Source: Promethearchaeota archaeon (GTDB lineage: Archaea > Asgardarchaeota > Lokiarchaeia > Sigyniarchaeales > SOKP01). From it: a stretch of DNA of 64,000 nt. Below are positions 19,657-29,380 of this stretch, in pieces. The translations under genes were made by a program, and so were the position numbers. Position 1 is the stretch's first letter. Each line of letters starts with the position of its first letter. The stretch covers positions 1 through 64,000 of the forward strand of contig JAHLWP010000015.1 of NCBI GenBank assembly GCA_019057865.1. Reading direction: 5' to 3'. The notes below the pieces were generated by a model that saw only the letters and a program-made list of their open reading frames with translations, did no database searches and was not told where the DNA came from.

Positions 19657-20334
19657 ATGGTATATGAAGCAGAACCGGATAGAATTCCTTTTGTGAAACA
19701 ATATTTCTCTGTAATCATATTAGCCGCAAATATATTCGTATTTATTTGGCAAATAATGGATCCAGCAGGGGATATGCATATTGAGGCAGCATTTGTTCCT
19801 TCTGATTCTTTTGAAGGTAAGAATTATTGGACTTTAATAAGTTCTATGTTTATGCATGGAGATATAGTACATATAATCATGAACATGTGGTTTTTCTTTG
19901 TAATAACTGATAATTGTGAACATGGTATGGGTCATATTTTATATCTAATTACTTATTTAGCTTCAGGTTTTTTTGGTAGTATACTTCATGCTTTGAGCAC
20001 ATTAATCGTTCCAATATCAGGATTTGAAGATATCCCTTCACTAGGAGCATCTGGGGCAATATTTGGACTTATGGCTGTTTACGCTATTCTCTATCCTGGT
20101 AATAAGTTTAATATTCCCTCTTCAACAGGCATGACAATGCGAAAAGTGGGTGCGGGAGTTTTTATCGCGACTTACTTTATAGCGGAATTAACTTATGCTA
20201 TTTATTCGATTGCTGCTCCCTTTGGTTCCCAAACCGCCCATTTTGCTCATGTTGGTGGATTTATTGCGGGGGCAATAATAGCTCTAGTATTTAAAGGAAT
20301 AAAAGGGACATCATATAAGAAAAAACCAAAATAA
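19657..20334 (+). CDS. Rhomboid intramembrane serine protease
   Basis: SMFMHGDIVHIIMNM, GASGA, AHVGG. Confidence 0.92.
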   Translation: MVYEAEPDRIPFVKQYFSVIILAANIFVFIWQIMDPAGDMHIEAAFVPSDSFEGKNYWTLISSMFMHGDIVHIIMNMWFFFVITDNCEHGMGHILYLITYLASGFFGSILHALSTLIVPISGFEDIPSLGASGAIFGLMAVYAILYPGNKFNIPSSTGMTMRKVGAGVFIATYFIAELTYAIYSIAAPFGSQTAHFAHVGGFIAGAIIALVFKGIKGTSYKKKPK

Positions 20335-20418
20335 TCCCTTTTTTTTTAATTATTTTTCTTTAATCTTGTTTTCTTATTTTTATTAAATTTTTTGAATAAA
20401 GGATAATTTAATGAATTA

Positions 20419-21777
20419 ATGTCTACAAATATAGTTGTAATAGGCATGGGATATGTAGGTATCCCAATGGCGGCTTTGTTAGCAGATGTAGATGATTTTT
20501 ATGTTACCGGAATTCAAAGAAGATCGAAAAGATCAGGATGGAAAATAGATTGGCTCAATAATGGGAAGAATCCATTCGAGGGAGAGGAACCAGGGTTAGA
20601 TGAGCTGATAGATAGAGTCGTAAAGAGCGGAAAATTTAAGGTTACAGATAAATATGATGATGTTGATGATGCTGATTTTATTCTCATTGATGTACAAACA
20701 CCAGTTGATTTAGACTCTAAAATTCCTCGATATGAATCATTAGAAGAAGTTACTAAAAAAATCTCAAAACATTTAAAAAAAGGAGTTACAGTCATAATTG
20801 AATCCACAGTAGCACCAGGGACAACTGATAATATAATCCAACCGAGATTAGAGGAAGGGAGTGGGTTTAAAAGAGGACAGGATTTTTATTTAGTATTTTC
20901 ATTCGAACGAGTTATGCCAGGAAAAATGCTCGAATACATAACTGATATGGAAAGAGTGATTGGAGGAGGATGTGATAAAGCAAACAACAAAGCGAAATCC
21001 TTATATGAGAAGGTAGTTGAGAAGGATATAAGATATACTGACACATTAACTGCAGAATTAACGAAATGCATTGAAAATACTTATAGGGATGTTAATATTG
21101 CTTTTGCTAATGAAATGGCATTGTTATGTGAAGATTTTGATAGAGATATATTCGAAATTATAGAATTGATTAACCAAAGGCATGATAGAATGATGCATTA
21201 TCCTGGTTCTGGTGTAGGTGGTCACTGTCTTACGAAAGATCCTCACTTACTCGAGTATGGTCATCGTACATACACAGAACATAAATATAATTCTGATATC
21301 TTATTAAAAGCAAGAGAATTAAACGATTTCATGCCTCGCCACATGGTAGAGTTGATGGAGGATACGTTTAGAGAATCTCGCAGATTAGTAGATAATATTA
21401 AAGTAGTTCTTTTAGGAGTTTCTTATAAGGCAAATACAGATGACACAAGGAATACCCCTACTGAGAACATAGTTAAAGTATTAAAAAGCAGGTACCATTC
21501 TCATAATATAACTTTTATAGCACACGATCCATACGTTAAAGAGCGAGAATACAAGGAAACTGAACTAACCGATGATTTTGATAAGGCAGTTTCCGGCGCA
21601 GATGTTCTCATTTTTGCTACAAATCACAATGAATATTATAATATTGATCTCGAGGATCTTAAGAGGAAAGTTAGAACACCAATTATTATTGATGGTAGAA
21701 ATATTTTTAAAAAAAAATTAGTTGAACAAAAAGGTTTTATCTATCGTAAAGTTGGAGAAGGACCTAAAAAACCTTAA
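20419..21777 (+). CDS. Nucleotide-sugar dehydrogenase (UDP-ManNAc/UDP-GlcNAc dehydrogenase family)
   Basis: GMGYVG, ESTVAPGTT, K..EN.YRDVNIAFANE, GVGGHCL, YK.NTDDTR, DGRN. Confidence 0.9.
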   Translation: MSTNIVVIGMGYVGIPMAALLADVDDFYVTGIQRRSKRSGWKIDWLNNGKNPFEGEEPGLDELIDRVVKSGKFKVTDKYDDVDDADFILIDVQTPVDLDSKIPRYESLEEVTKKISKHLKKGVTVIIESTVAPGTTDNIIQPRLEEGSGFKRGQDFYLVFSFERVMPGKMLEYITDMERVIGGGCDKANNKAKSLYEKVVEKDIRYTDTLTAELTKCIENTYRDVNIAFANEMALLCEDFDRDIFEIIELINQRHDRMMHYPGSGVGGHCLTKDPHLLEYGHRTYTEHKYNSDILLKARELNDFMPRHMVELMEDTFRESRRLVDNIKVVLLGVSYKANTDDTRNTPTENIVKVLKSRYHSHNITFIAHDPYVKEREYKETELTDDFDKAVSGADVLIFATNHNEYYNIDLEDLKRKVRTPIIIDGRNIFKKKLVEQKGFIYRKVGEGPKKP

Positions 21778-21832
21778 AATGTATTAGTATATCTTATAGA
21801 ACTTGTAATTAAAGCTTTGCTTTATCGATTAT

Positions 21833-21970
21833 TCATTCTTTTTCCTTTAATTTTTCTTCTTGGTGCTTTAATTTTAATGCTCGTCTATGCCACATGTTAA
21901 TTAATGAACAACTAGTATAATAGCAATCATCATCAAATCCCAAATCTAAATAATCTTCTTTTTCATCCAT
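21833..21970 (-). CDS. 45-aa microprotein, Cys-containing putative paralogue of the upstream CxxU ORF
   Basis: MDEKEDYLDLGFDDDCYYTSCSLINMWHRRALKLKHQEEKLKEKE*; AGGGT upstream; not in the ORF track. Confidence 0.55.
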   Translation of the reverse strand: MDEKEDYLDLGFDDDCYYTSCSLINMWHRRALKLKHQEEKLKEKE

Positions 21971-22175
21971 CTTATGATACCCTTTAAATTCTTATAAATT
22001 TCAACATAAATAAGGATTAAAAAAGTACTGCTTATAAAAAATAGAAGAAGAATGATTATTATTAATTATTAATAAATAGGTTAGTGTTGAATAAATTTAA
22101 GAGTATTGATCTCTCAAGTTCTTGCGGAACTTTAAAATTAAATCCTAACATTTAATGATTTAATTCTTTGAGATG

Positions 22176-22325
22176 TTAATTATTTAGTTTTAATGATTTT
22201 TTGTTGTGACGTCGTTTTTTTATATTTTGAATACAGTTTATGATACCATCAATAATGCCTCAGCCTGTACAATACTGTTCTGTTTCATGTTCTGTGCTGT
22301 CTAATTTATTTTTCCATCCAGACAT
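22176..22325 (-). CDS. Candidate 49-aa selenoprotein (CxxU; in-frame TGA at 22262-22260)
   Basis: MSGWKNKLDSTEHETEQYCTG[TGA]GIIDGIINCIQNIKKRRHNKKSLKLNN*; the TGA aligns with Cys21 of the 21970 ORF. Confidence 0.5.
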
Positions 22326-22485
22326 ATTCATCCATTGCTTCAAATATCTTTTAATTTAAAATATTAATAAGAAAATAAATAGATTGTTGTTTTAAATAAT
22401 AAGATTTTGAGAGAAGAATAAAAAAAAAGATAATATAACAATAAATATTTAAATTAATTAAAAAAAACGGTTGAAATATTGAAAA

Positions 22486-22764
22486 ATGGGTAGTATTAAA
22501 GATTTAAAGAATGAGCTTTCAGAAATGAGAAAAAGTATGGAAAAAATGACAGCTGAATTACATGAAACAAATTTGGTTATCCGCGACTCGTTAAAATTAA
22601 CTTCAGAAACTATTAAAGAAATGAGTGAAAATTTCACTAAAGCATTAGAAGATGTTTTGAATCAGATGTCTGATTTAACAATTCAGATGAATATAAAAGA
22701 TACAATTCTTAAAACGCTGGGAATTGATGGTATGATTCCAGATTTTTTAAAAAAAAAAAAATAA
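22486..22764 (+). CDS. Small coiled-coil hypothetical protein
   Basis: Heptad-like pattern, ATG start. Confidence 0.7.
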   Translation: MGSIKDLKNELSEMRKSMEKMTAELHETNLVIRDSLKLTSETIKEMSENFTKALEDVLNQMSDLTIQMNIKDTILKTLGIDGMIPDFLKKKK

Positions 22765-22773
22765 CAAAAAGAA

Positions 22774-22980
22774 TTACTTATTTGATATTTTTGCTTCCTT
22801 TTGCCAGTTTTTAATAACAAAATACATTATTATAAGAGATATCACATAAACAACAGTAATTAATGACCATAACATAACTTCATTAGGGTTTTTTGAAAAT
22901 GATGCATCTATTGCCTTGTATATGAAGAAAATACTAAGGAGTAATAATAGTTGAATTCGAAATCTCAGTTTATTATCCAT
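22774..22980 (-). CDS. Small two-TM membrane protein
   Basis: Two hydrophobic segments. Confidence 0.65.
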   Translation of the reverse strand: MDNKLRFRIQLLLLLSIFFIYKAIDASFSKNPNEVMLWSLITVVYVISLIIMYFVIKNWQKEAKISNK

Positions 22981-23080
22981 TTTTCTGAAAATTTTTTATT
23001 TAATAATTAAAATATTATATTACTTAGAATTAAAAGTATAAGTATAAAAAAGAATTAAATATAATTGTTTACTAGAAAAA

Positions 23081-23284
23081 ATGACAGAAAGGGCTCCTCC
23101 CTTATGTTATATATGTGGTAAAAGCTGTACAGATTCAGTAGAAGATTTATATTATTGTATTTGTGATGCTGCTATTTGCCATAGTTGCATAAATACTGTC
23201 AAAAAAAATGATAAAACTTGGGTTTGTCCACATTGTAAGGAAGCCAATGATTTAGAAAAAAGCAAGTTATTTAGATTAACTTGA
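23081..23284 (+). CDS. Stand-alone C4C4 RING-like zinc finger protein
   Basis: C-x2-C-x13-C-x-C-x4-C-x2-C-x12-C-x2-C. Confidence 0.75.
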   Translation: MTERAPPLCYICGKSCTDSVEDLYYCICDAAICHSCINTVKKNDKTWVCPHCKEANDLEKSKLFRLT

Positions 23285-23500
23285 TCTAATTTTCTTTATT
23301 AACTAAATTTAGAGAATCTAAGAATTAATCTGATTTCAATAATTGCCTATGATGAAAATAATTATATTATGATTTAAAATCCTTAAAAATGAATAAATTG
23401 AGGAAGTCTGAGGCATTATTCATTTATAATATAAGAATTATTAAATGGTTTCAAAATTTTAATTATTTAAATAGTCAAGAATAAAAAGTTGATTTTACTA

Positions 23501-23992
23501 ATGAGTGCTAATATTATAACGAAAGTCTTAGAAATTAATAATTGTGATAAAGAAACTCTTATTAGAGCTTTATATAAAGCAGAATTTTGGGAAGCTATTA
23601 AACCCACAAAAAAATTAGAAGCTAAGTTTATAGCTCCAAATGTTTTATATAGTAAAATGTATGATGAAATGGATTTGATTAAAGTTCCTATTGAAATGGA
23701 AGGTGAATTAGTTCTCACAGATAAAGGAGAGCAAGAAGAAAAAGGACGATTAATCGAATTAAATGTTCGAAATAATAAGGACGTTAGAAACTTAGAGGGA
23801 AGGTTAAGAATAAAAGAAATTACTCCTAATAAAACCAAACTCGGTGTTTATATAACTAAGTTTACATTAAGCAGTGATTTTTTGAATTTGATAGGAAAGA
23901 GTGCTGCATACGTTTTGAGACGTAAAATAAGTGATATAACAAGGAATTTAGAAAATTTTTGTAAAACGAACTCATTGAGTAGTCTATTATAA
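23501..23992 (+). CDS. Hypothetical protein, possible SRPBCC/START-like fold
   Basis: Strand, two helices, sheet and long C-terminal helix pattern; inference only. Confidence 0.55.
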   Translation: MSANIITKVLEINNCDKETLIRALYKAEFWEAIKPTKKLEAKFIAPNVLYSKMYDEMDLIKVPIEMEGELVLTDKGEQEEKGRLIELNVRNNKDVRNLEGRLRIKEITPNKTKLGVYITKFTLSSDFLNLIGKSAAYVLRRKISDITRNLENFCKTNSLSSLL

Positions 23993-24081
23993 AATCACTT
24001 TATATTTTCCTTTTCAAAAGTAATATATTTCTGAAATTTTATTATATAAATAAGAGATATTTTGATGTCAAGGGTTAAAAT

Positions 24082-24927
24082 ATGAATATCTGGATTATGG
24101 AGAGTGACTCAGGAATCACACTCTTGTACAAGCCGTACATGAATTTTTCTGTGAACGAGGATTTAGTATCTGGTCTCCTCACAGCTTTAAATCAATTTAC
24201 AATAGTTGAATTTAAACAAGGAATCGACTCAATTGAAATGGGAGGACTAAGATGGGTTTATATACAAGATAAAGAATCTAATTTATTATTCATCGCTGCT
24301 GATACTAAAGATGTAAGTGCAGATATGTTAAGATCCCGTTTGGATGTTATACGTAATACTTTTATAGAGCAATACTTGAATGACAAAGCCTATTGGTTAA
24401 ATAGATGGAACGGGAATGTTGAAATTTATAGACCTTTTGAGAAAACAATCGATGAATTTTATACTCAATGGAAGCAAGCAGAACACATAACCACAGTAGC
24501 TGAGTTCTTTGATATTTTAGGAATATTCCAGCAAATTCTAAATTTGGTCATCAACGTAATCGAAAGTCATTTATTGCCAGAGAAGAAAGAAATTATCTAT
24601 AATCGTATTGAAGAAATGTTTGAACATTATGCAGGTCATGATTATGTAAGAAATAATCCTGAATTGAGCAAAATAACTTTCAATAGAGAATCAGGGATCA
24701 ATATTATTAATATTAATCCAACTAATTGTGATATGTTTGTTGTTGAGAAACAAATAATAAATTTAATTAGACGAATTGTAGATATTATTAAAAGTGAAGA
24801 AGATTTTTATTCAAGTTTGAAATATTTTATTGATGAGAATATTTTTGATTATCTTATCTCAAACTTTTCTTTATTGAATGAATTAAACTTGTTCAGGTTC
24901 TTATTACAACTTTTTTTATCAAAATAA
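24082..24927 (+). CDS. Protein with N-terminal longin-like domain
   Basis: IWIMESDSGITLLY...DLVSGLLTALNQF...IDSIEMGG...LLFI. Confidence 0.7.
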   Translation: MNIWIMESDSGITLLYKPYMNFSVNEDLVSGLLTALNQFTIVEFKQGIDSIEMGGLRWVYIQDKESNLLFIAADTKDVSADMLRSRLDVIRNTFIEQYLNDKAYWLNRWNGNVEIYRPFEKTIDEFYTQWKQAEHITTVAEFFDILGIFQQILNLVINVIESHLLPEKKEIIYNRIEEMFEHYAGHDYVRNNPELSKITFNRESGINIININPTNCDMFVVEKQIINLIRRIVDIIKSEEDFYSSLKYFIDENIFDYLISNFSLLNELNLFRFLLQLFLSK

Positions 24928-25103
24928 TTAAGGTTCAGGCAAACATTTGATTGAAGATTCGATTTAAATAGAAATTCAAAACAGGATCTTCAAAATCTTT
25001 AAATTCTCTGAGCTAAATTTAAGAACGATTAATTTCAAATAGATTTATTAAACTCTATTTATTTAATTTATTATTAATTTCAAGTAATTGATCCAACTAA
25101 ATT

Positions 25104-26402
25104 ATGGAGCCATATCTTCTTTTAATAATTTTCATATTGTTTGCTCTAATAATTTTAAGTTATTCAAAATCAAATTTGGATTTTGTAGCAATTTCCTTAT
25201 TATGTTGTTTTACAGCAGCATCAATTACATCTTTAGTAGTTGGTACTACATTTAATGATTTCATTGTTGGGATTCAATGGCAAGCAATTATTGTAATATT
25301 ATGTATGAGTTTAATTACAAAAATCGCCCAAGATTCAAATATCTTGGAATTTTTGGCTGTAAAACTCTTTAAAGTTTCTAGAGGCAACCAAAGAATATTT
25401 TTTTGGCTTCTTTGTACAATCACAACACTTTTAGCCGCAGTTATTAGTGATATAGTTGTCGTTTTGATATTAGCACCAATCGTTATTCGGTTATGCCATT
25501 TTTTAAGAATAAGATCGGGGACATATCTTTTAGGGATGACCATTTGTATTAATATTGGCTCTATAATAACTCCTTTTTCAAGTGGGGAAAATATTATCAT
25601 ATCCACTGAATTTGAACTTAATACATTTTATTTTATTCAAAATTTTTGGATCTTTTCATTTTTCTTGTTATTTTTAACAATATACTTACTAGATAGATTT
25701 CTTTTATCAAAAGAACCTAAGATTGATGAAGAACAGAAAAAGTTTGTTATTGACTTAGTAGATACTGATATTATGATAAAAAATAAGAAAATGTTCTATT
25801 TTAACAGTATTGCGATAATATTTATTTTTGTTTTATTCGCCATATTACCTTTATTATATTTAACAGCAGCAATGTCCGCTTTAATTTTGGTACTAGTTAA
25901 TAGAAAATTTACTAAAAAACCAATGGGTGAACTTTTAAAAGATATTGAATGGGAAATTATCTTCTTTTTCATTTCGTTATACGTAGTTATTAAATGTCTT
26001 TTAGATGCTGGATTAGAAGAACTTTTCACTTCGATTCCATTTGAAACATTCAATCCAATTCTCTTATCTTTTTTAATTCTAATAATTGTTAGTGCAGTCA
26101 GTGGATTTATTGCTAATACTCCAACTGCATTAATTTTTAATGTAATAATTCAAACTTTAATAATCCAGTTTGAATTTGTTCCATTACCTCTTTTATTTGC
26201 CTTTATCATTGCAATTAATCTTGGGGGTAATTTTATACCTCAAGGAGCTGCATGTGATATGATGACATTAAAAATAGCAAGAGATTCGGGGGTAGATAAT
26301 TTAAGTTATAGAAGATTACTAATTACTGGCGCTACTTTTGCCTTAATACATATAGGAATTTCAGCCATTTACTTAACAATATTTACAGTAATATTTGGCT
26401 AA
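25104..26402 (+). CDS. Ion transporter superfamily permease (ArsB/NhaD/CitMHS-like)
   Basis: Many TM segments; INIGSIITPF...ENIII; SGFIANTP; NLGGNFIP.GA. Confidence 0.85.
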   Translation: MEPYLLLIIFILFALIILSYSKSNLDFVAISLLCCFTAASITSLVVGTTFNDFIVGIQWQAIIVILCMSLITKIAQDSNILEFLAVKLFKVSRGNQRIFFWLLCTITTLLAAVISDIVVVLILAPIVIRLCHFLRIRSGTYLLGMTICINIGSIITPFSSGENIIISTEFELNTFYFIQNFWIFSFFLLFLTIYLLDRFLLSKEPKIDEEQKKFVIDLVDTDIMIKNKKMFYFNSIAIIFIFVLFAILPLLYLTAAMSALILVLVNRKFTKKPMGELLKDIEWEIIFFFISLYVVIKCLLDAGLEELFTSIPFETFNPILLSFLILIIVSAVSGFIANTPTALIFNVIIQTLIIQFEFVPLPLLFAFIIAINLGGNFIPQGAACDMMTLKIARDSGVDNLSYRRLLITGATFALIHIGISAIYLTIFTVIFG

Positions 26403-26487
26403 ACCTAAATTATACTATTTCATTATCAATTAAAGTATAAGAAAAATAAAGAAATTATTAAATTTAACTTCCTTCAGCGAGTTTGGA

Positions 26488-26622
26488 TTACAACCACAAT
26501 CTGAGTCGCATCGAATCAATAACTCTTTCAATTGAAATCATTAATACTCCCATTCTATTATGAGTATTATATTTTTTAGCTTGATCTAAAGTTGAGTGAT
26601 ATGCTTTTGTCATTATCCAATC
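26488..26622 (-). pseudogene. C-terminal relic of a fourth glutamate dehydrogenase
   Basis: DWIMTKAYHSTLDQAKKYNTHNRMG...ERVIDSMRLRLWL* aligns to the last 44 aa of GDH 29381..30646. Confidence 0.85.
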
Positions 26623-26675
26623 TTATACTTAAAAAATTTAAAATTAAAAAAAGATTTTAATAATATATTATTCAA

Positions 26676-27926
26676 TTATGGAAAAATACCTCTTAATTCA
26701 ACAGCTTTTGCTACTCGAGAAAGAGCAATAATATAAGCGGCTGTCCTTAAGATTAAATTCTTCTCTTTTGAGATTTTGTACACGTTTTCAAATGCATCTA
26801 CAATAATTTTTTTTAATTCTTTATTGACACGATCTAAACTCCAAAAGTAACTGTGTATATCTTGAATATATTCAAAATAAGATACGCAAACACCACCCGC
26901 ATTAGCCAAAATATCTGGAATCACAAAGATTCCTTTATTATGTAGAATTTTATCTGCTTCTGGAGTTGTTGGACCATTTGCACCTTCTAAAATAATCTTA
27001 CAATTTATTTTATCAGCATTAATATTAGTTATTTGATTCTCCAAAGCTGCTGGAACCAACACGTCGCATTTTGTAGTAAGTAATTCTTCGTTTGAAATAT
27101 GCTTATAATTATTTTTGTTAAAGTCTCTTAAAAATTTTCCTTGATCTCTCCATTCTAATAATTCTTTAATGTTTAAACCTTTTTCTGAATAAATTCCACC
27201 GAAGATATCTGAAACTGCAAATATTTTACTACCATAGTTATATAATATGTTAGCAATCCATCCTCCAACATTCCCAAATCCTTGAATTATAATGCTCATG
27301 GATTTCAAATCGTAATTTAATTTATTACATAATGCTTCAAGCACATAAAACATGCCCATACCAGTAGCACTATCTCTACCCACAGATCCTCCTATTTCTA
27401 TTGGTTTTCCAGTAACAACTCCAGGTATAGTTCGTCCTTTTTGCATGCTATATACGTCCATGATCCATGCCATGATTTGTGCATTAGTATTAACATCTGG
27501 TGCAGGGATATCGATATCTGGACCAATAAAATTTATAATTTCAGCTGTATATCTTCTCGTAAGTCTTTCTAACTCTTTTTTAGATAATTTTAAAGGATCT
27601 ACGAATATACCTCCTTTTGCTCCTCCAAAAGGTAAATTCAAGAGACTACTTTTCCAAGTCATCCATATTGCTAAAGCCTTTACTTCATCAAGAGTAACAT
27701 TTAGAGAATATCGTATACCTCCTTTCCCAGGTCCTCTAATTGTTGAATGATGAACTCTATATCCTTCAAAAATTTTCAACTTACCATCATCCATCATAAT
27801 CGGAATAGAAACAATTAGGGAGCGTTCTATCCGCTTTAAATATGGAACAATATTTGAGTCCAAATCCATAACTTCTGCTACAATATCTATCTGTTTTTTT
27901 GCCATTTCATAAGGATTTATAGCTAT
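26676..27926 (-). CDS. gdhA: Glutamate dehydrogenase (ATA start at 27926 likely; ATG alternative at 27905)
   Basis: GPGKGGIRY, GGAKGG, DIPAPD, TGKP, GFGNVG, PD.LANAGGV.VSYFE. Confidence 0.95.
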   Translation of the reverse strand: MAINPYEMAKKQIDIVAEVMDLDSNIVPYLKRIERSLIVSIPIMMDDGKLKIFEGYRVHHSTIRGPGKGGIRYSLNVTLDEVKALAIWMTWKSSLLNLPFGGAKGGIFVDPLKLSKKELERLTRRYTAEIINFIGPDIDIPAPDVNTNAQIMAWIMDVYSMQKGRTIPGVVTGKPIEIGGSVGRDSATGMGMFYVLEALCNKLNYDLKSMSIIIQGFGNVGGWIANILYNYGSKIFAVSDIFGGIYSEKGLNIKELLEWRDQGKFLRDFNKNNYKHISNEELLTTKCDVLVPAALENQITNINADKINCKIILEGANGPTTPEADKILHNKGIFVIPDILANAGGVCVSYFEYIQDIHSYFWSLDRVNKELKKIIVDAFENVYKISKEKNLILRTAAYIIALSRVAKAVELRGIFP

Positions 27927-27973
27927 TTTATTTCACCTTAAGATTTTTTCATAATAAATTAAAATTTAAGCAA

Positions 27974-29242
27974 TTAGGGAAATAATCCTCTTAATTCATG
28001 TGCTTTAGCTAATCTTTTTGCGCCAATAGCGAATGCTGCTATCCTAAGTGAAGTATTCATTTTTTTTGATAAATTATATACATCCTCAAAAGTTTTAATA
28101 ATAATATTTTTCATTTCTCTATTAACACGATCTAATCCCCAGAAATAACTGTGTATATCTTGAATATATTCAAAATATGAAACACATACTCCCCCGCTAT
28201 TTGCAAGAATATCTGGAACGATAATTACGCCCTTCTCATTCAAGATGGCGTCCGCTTGGGAAGTTGTTGGACTATTTGCGCCTTCCAATATGATTTTACA
28301 ATCTATATTATCAGCATTTTTACTGTAAATTTGATTCTCAACCGCAGCAGGGATCAAGACATCACATTTTAAACTAAGTAATTCATCATTGGTTATAGTA
28401 CTAATATTTTTTCCATTATAATCTTTAAGTGAATTCCCTTGTTGCTTCCATTTAATTATTTCGTTAATATCTAATCCGTCTGGTGAGTATATCCCTCCTT
28501 GTTTTTCAGAAACTGCAATGACATTACATGAAATTTCACATAACTGTTTAGCAACAACCGATCCCACTTTTCCAAATCCTTGAATCACAATTTTCATTTT
28601 TTTTAAATCAAAATTTAGTTTCTGGCAAATGTGTTTAAGTAGATAACCCATTCCAGTTCCAGGGGCTTCAAGTCTTCCAACAGAACCCCCTATTTCAATT
28701 GGTTTACCAGTTACTACGCTTGGGATAGTTCGACCCTTTTGCATACTATATGTATCCATGATCCAAGCCATTGTGGTTGAATCAGTATACATATCTGGTG
28801 CTGGAATATCTATATCTGGGCCAATCATACTTATGATTTCAGCAGTATATCTTCTAGTCAATCGTTCTAATTCTTTTTTCGATAATTCTTTAGTATCTAC
28901 GCAAACTCCCCCTTTAGATCCTCCTAAAGGTAAATTTAAAAGACTTGTCTTAAATGTCATTAAAAACGCTAAAGCTTTAATTTCGTCAAGAGTAACATCT
29001 GGAGAATATCTTAAACCTCCTTTTGCTGGACCTCGTAAAGTTGAATGATGAACTCTGTAACCTTCAAAAATTTTAAGAAAACCATCATCCATAACTATAG
29101 GGATGGAAACTATTAGTGAACGTTCAACCTTTTTTAGATATTCTAAAGTATTTGGATTTAAATTTATTAGTTCCGCAGCAATATCAAGTTTCTTTTTAGC
29201 ACTTTCAAACGGATTTATTATCAATATTTTCACAATATACAA
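27974..29242 (-). CDS. gdhA: Glutamate dehydrogenase paralogue
   Basis: Same motifs, with variants GRLEAPG, GFGKVG and AVSEK; start may be the TTG at 29224. Confidence 0.93.
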   Translation of the reverse strand: MYIVKILIINPFESAKKKLDIAAELINLNPNTLEYLKKVERSLIVSIPIVMDDGFLKIFEGYRVHHSTLRGPAKGGLRYSPDVTLDEIKALAFLMTFKTSLLNLPLGGSKGGVCVDTKELSKKELERLTRRYTAEIISMIGPDIDIPAPDMYTDSTTMAWIMDTYSMQKGRTIPSVVTGKPIEIGGSVGRLEAPGTGMGYLLKHICQKLNFDLKKMKIVIQGFGKVGSVVAKQLCEISCNVIAVSEKQGGIYSPDGLDINEIIKWKQQGNSLKDYNGKNISTITNDELLSLKCDVLIPAAVENQIYSKNADNIDCKIILEGANSPTTSQADAILNEKGVIIVPDILANSGGVCVSYFEYIQDIHSYFWGLDRVNREMKNIIIKTFEDVYNLSKKMNTSLRIAAFAIGAKRLAKAHELRGLFP

Positions 29243-29380
29243 TTATTTTTATGATAATTAACTTAAATTGTGATCAATATTTAAAATTAAATTTTTTTTA
29301 AAAAAATTAGGATTTATTTGTAGAGAATATGTTTTTGTTTAATAAATTCTTAAAATTTATAAAAAATTTTCATCTAAAAA

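Noticed and set aside
22241-22255. Bacterial-type SECIS just 3' of the TGA (UUA-U-UGAU-GGU-AUCAUAA)
   Set aside because: The stem is weak and AU-rich, the loop is closer to the UGA than in typical bacterial SECIS, and archaea are not known to use this type.
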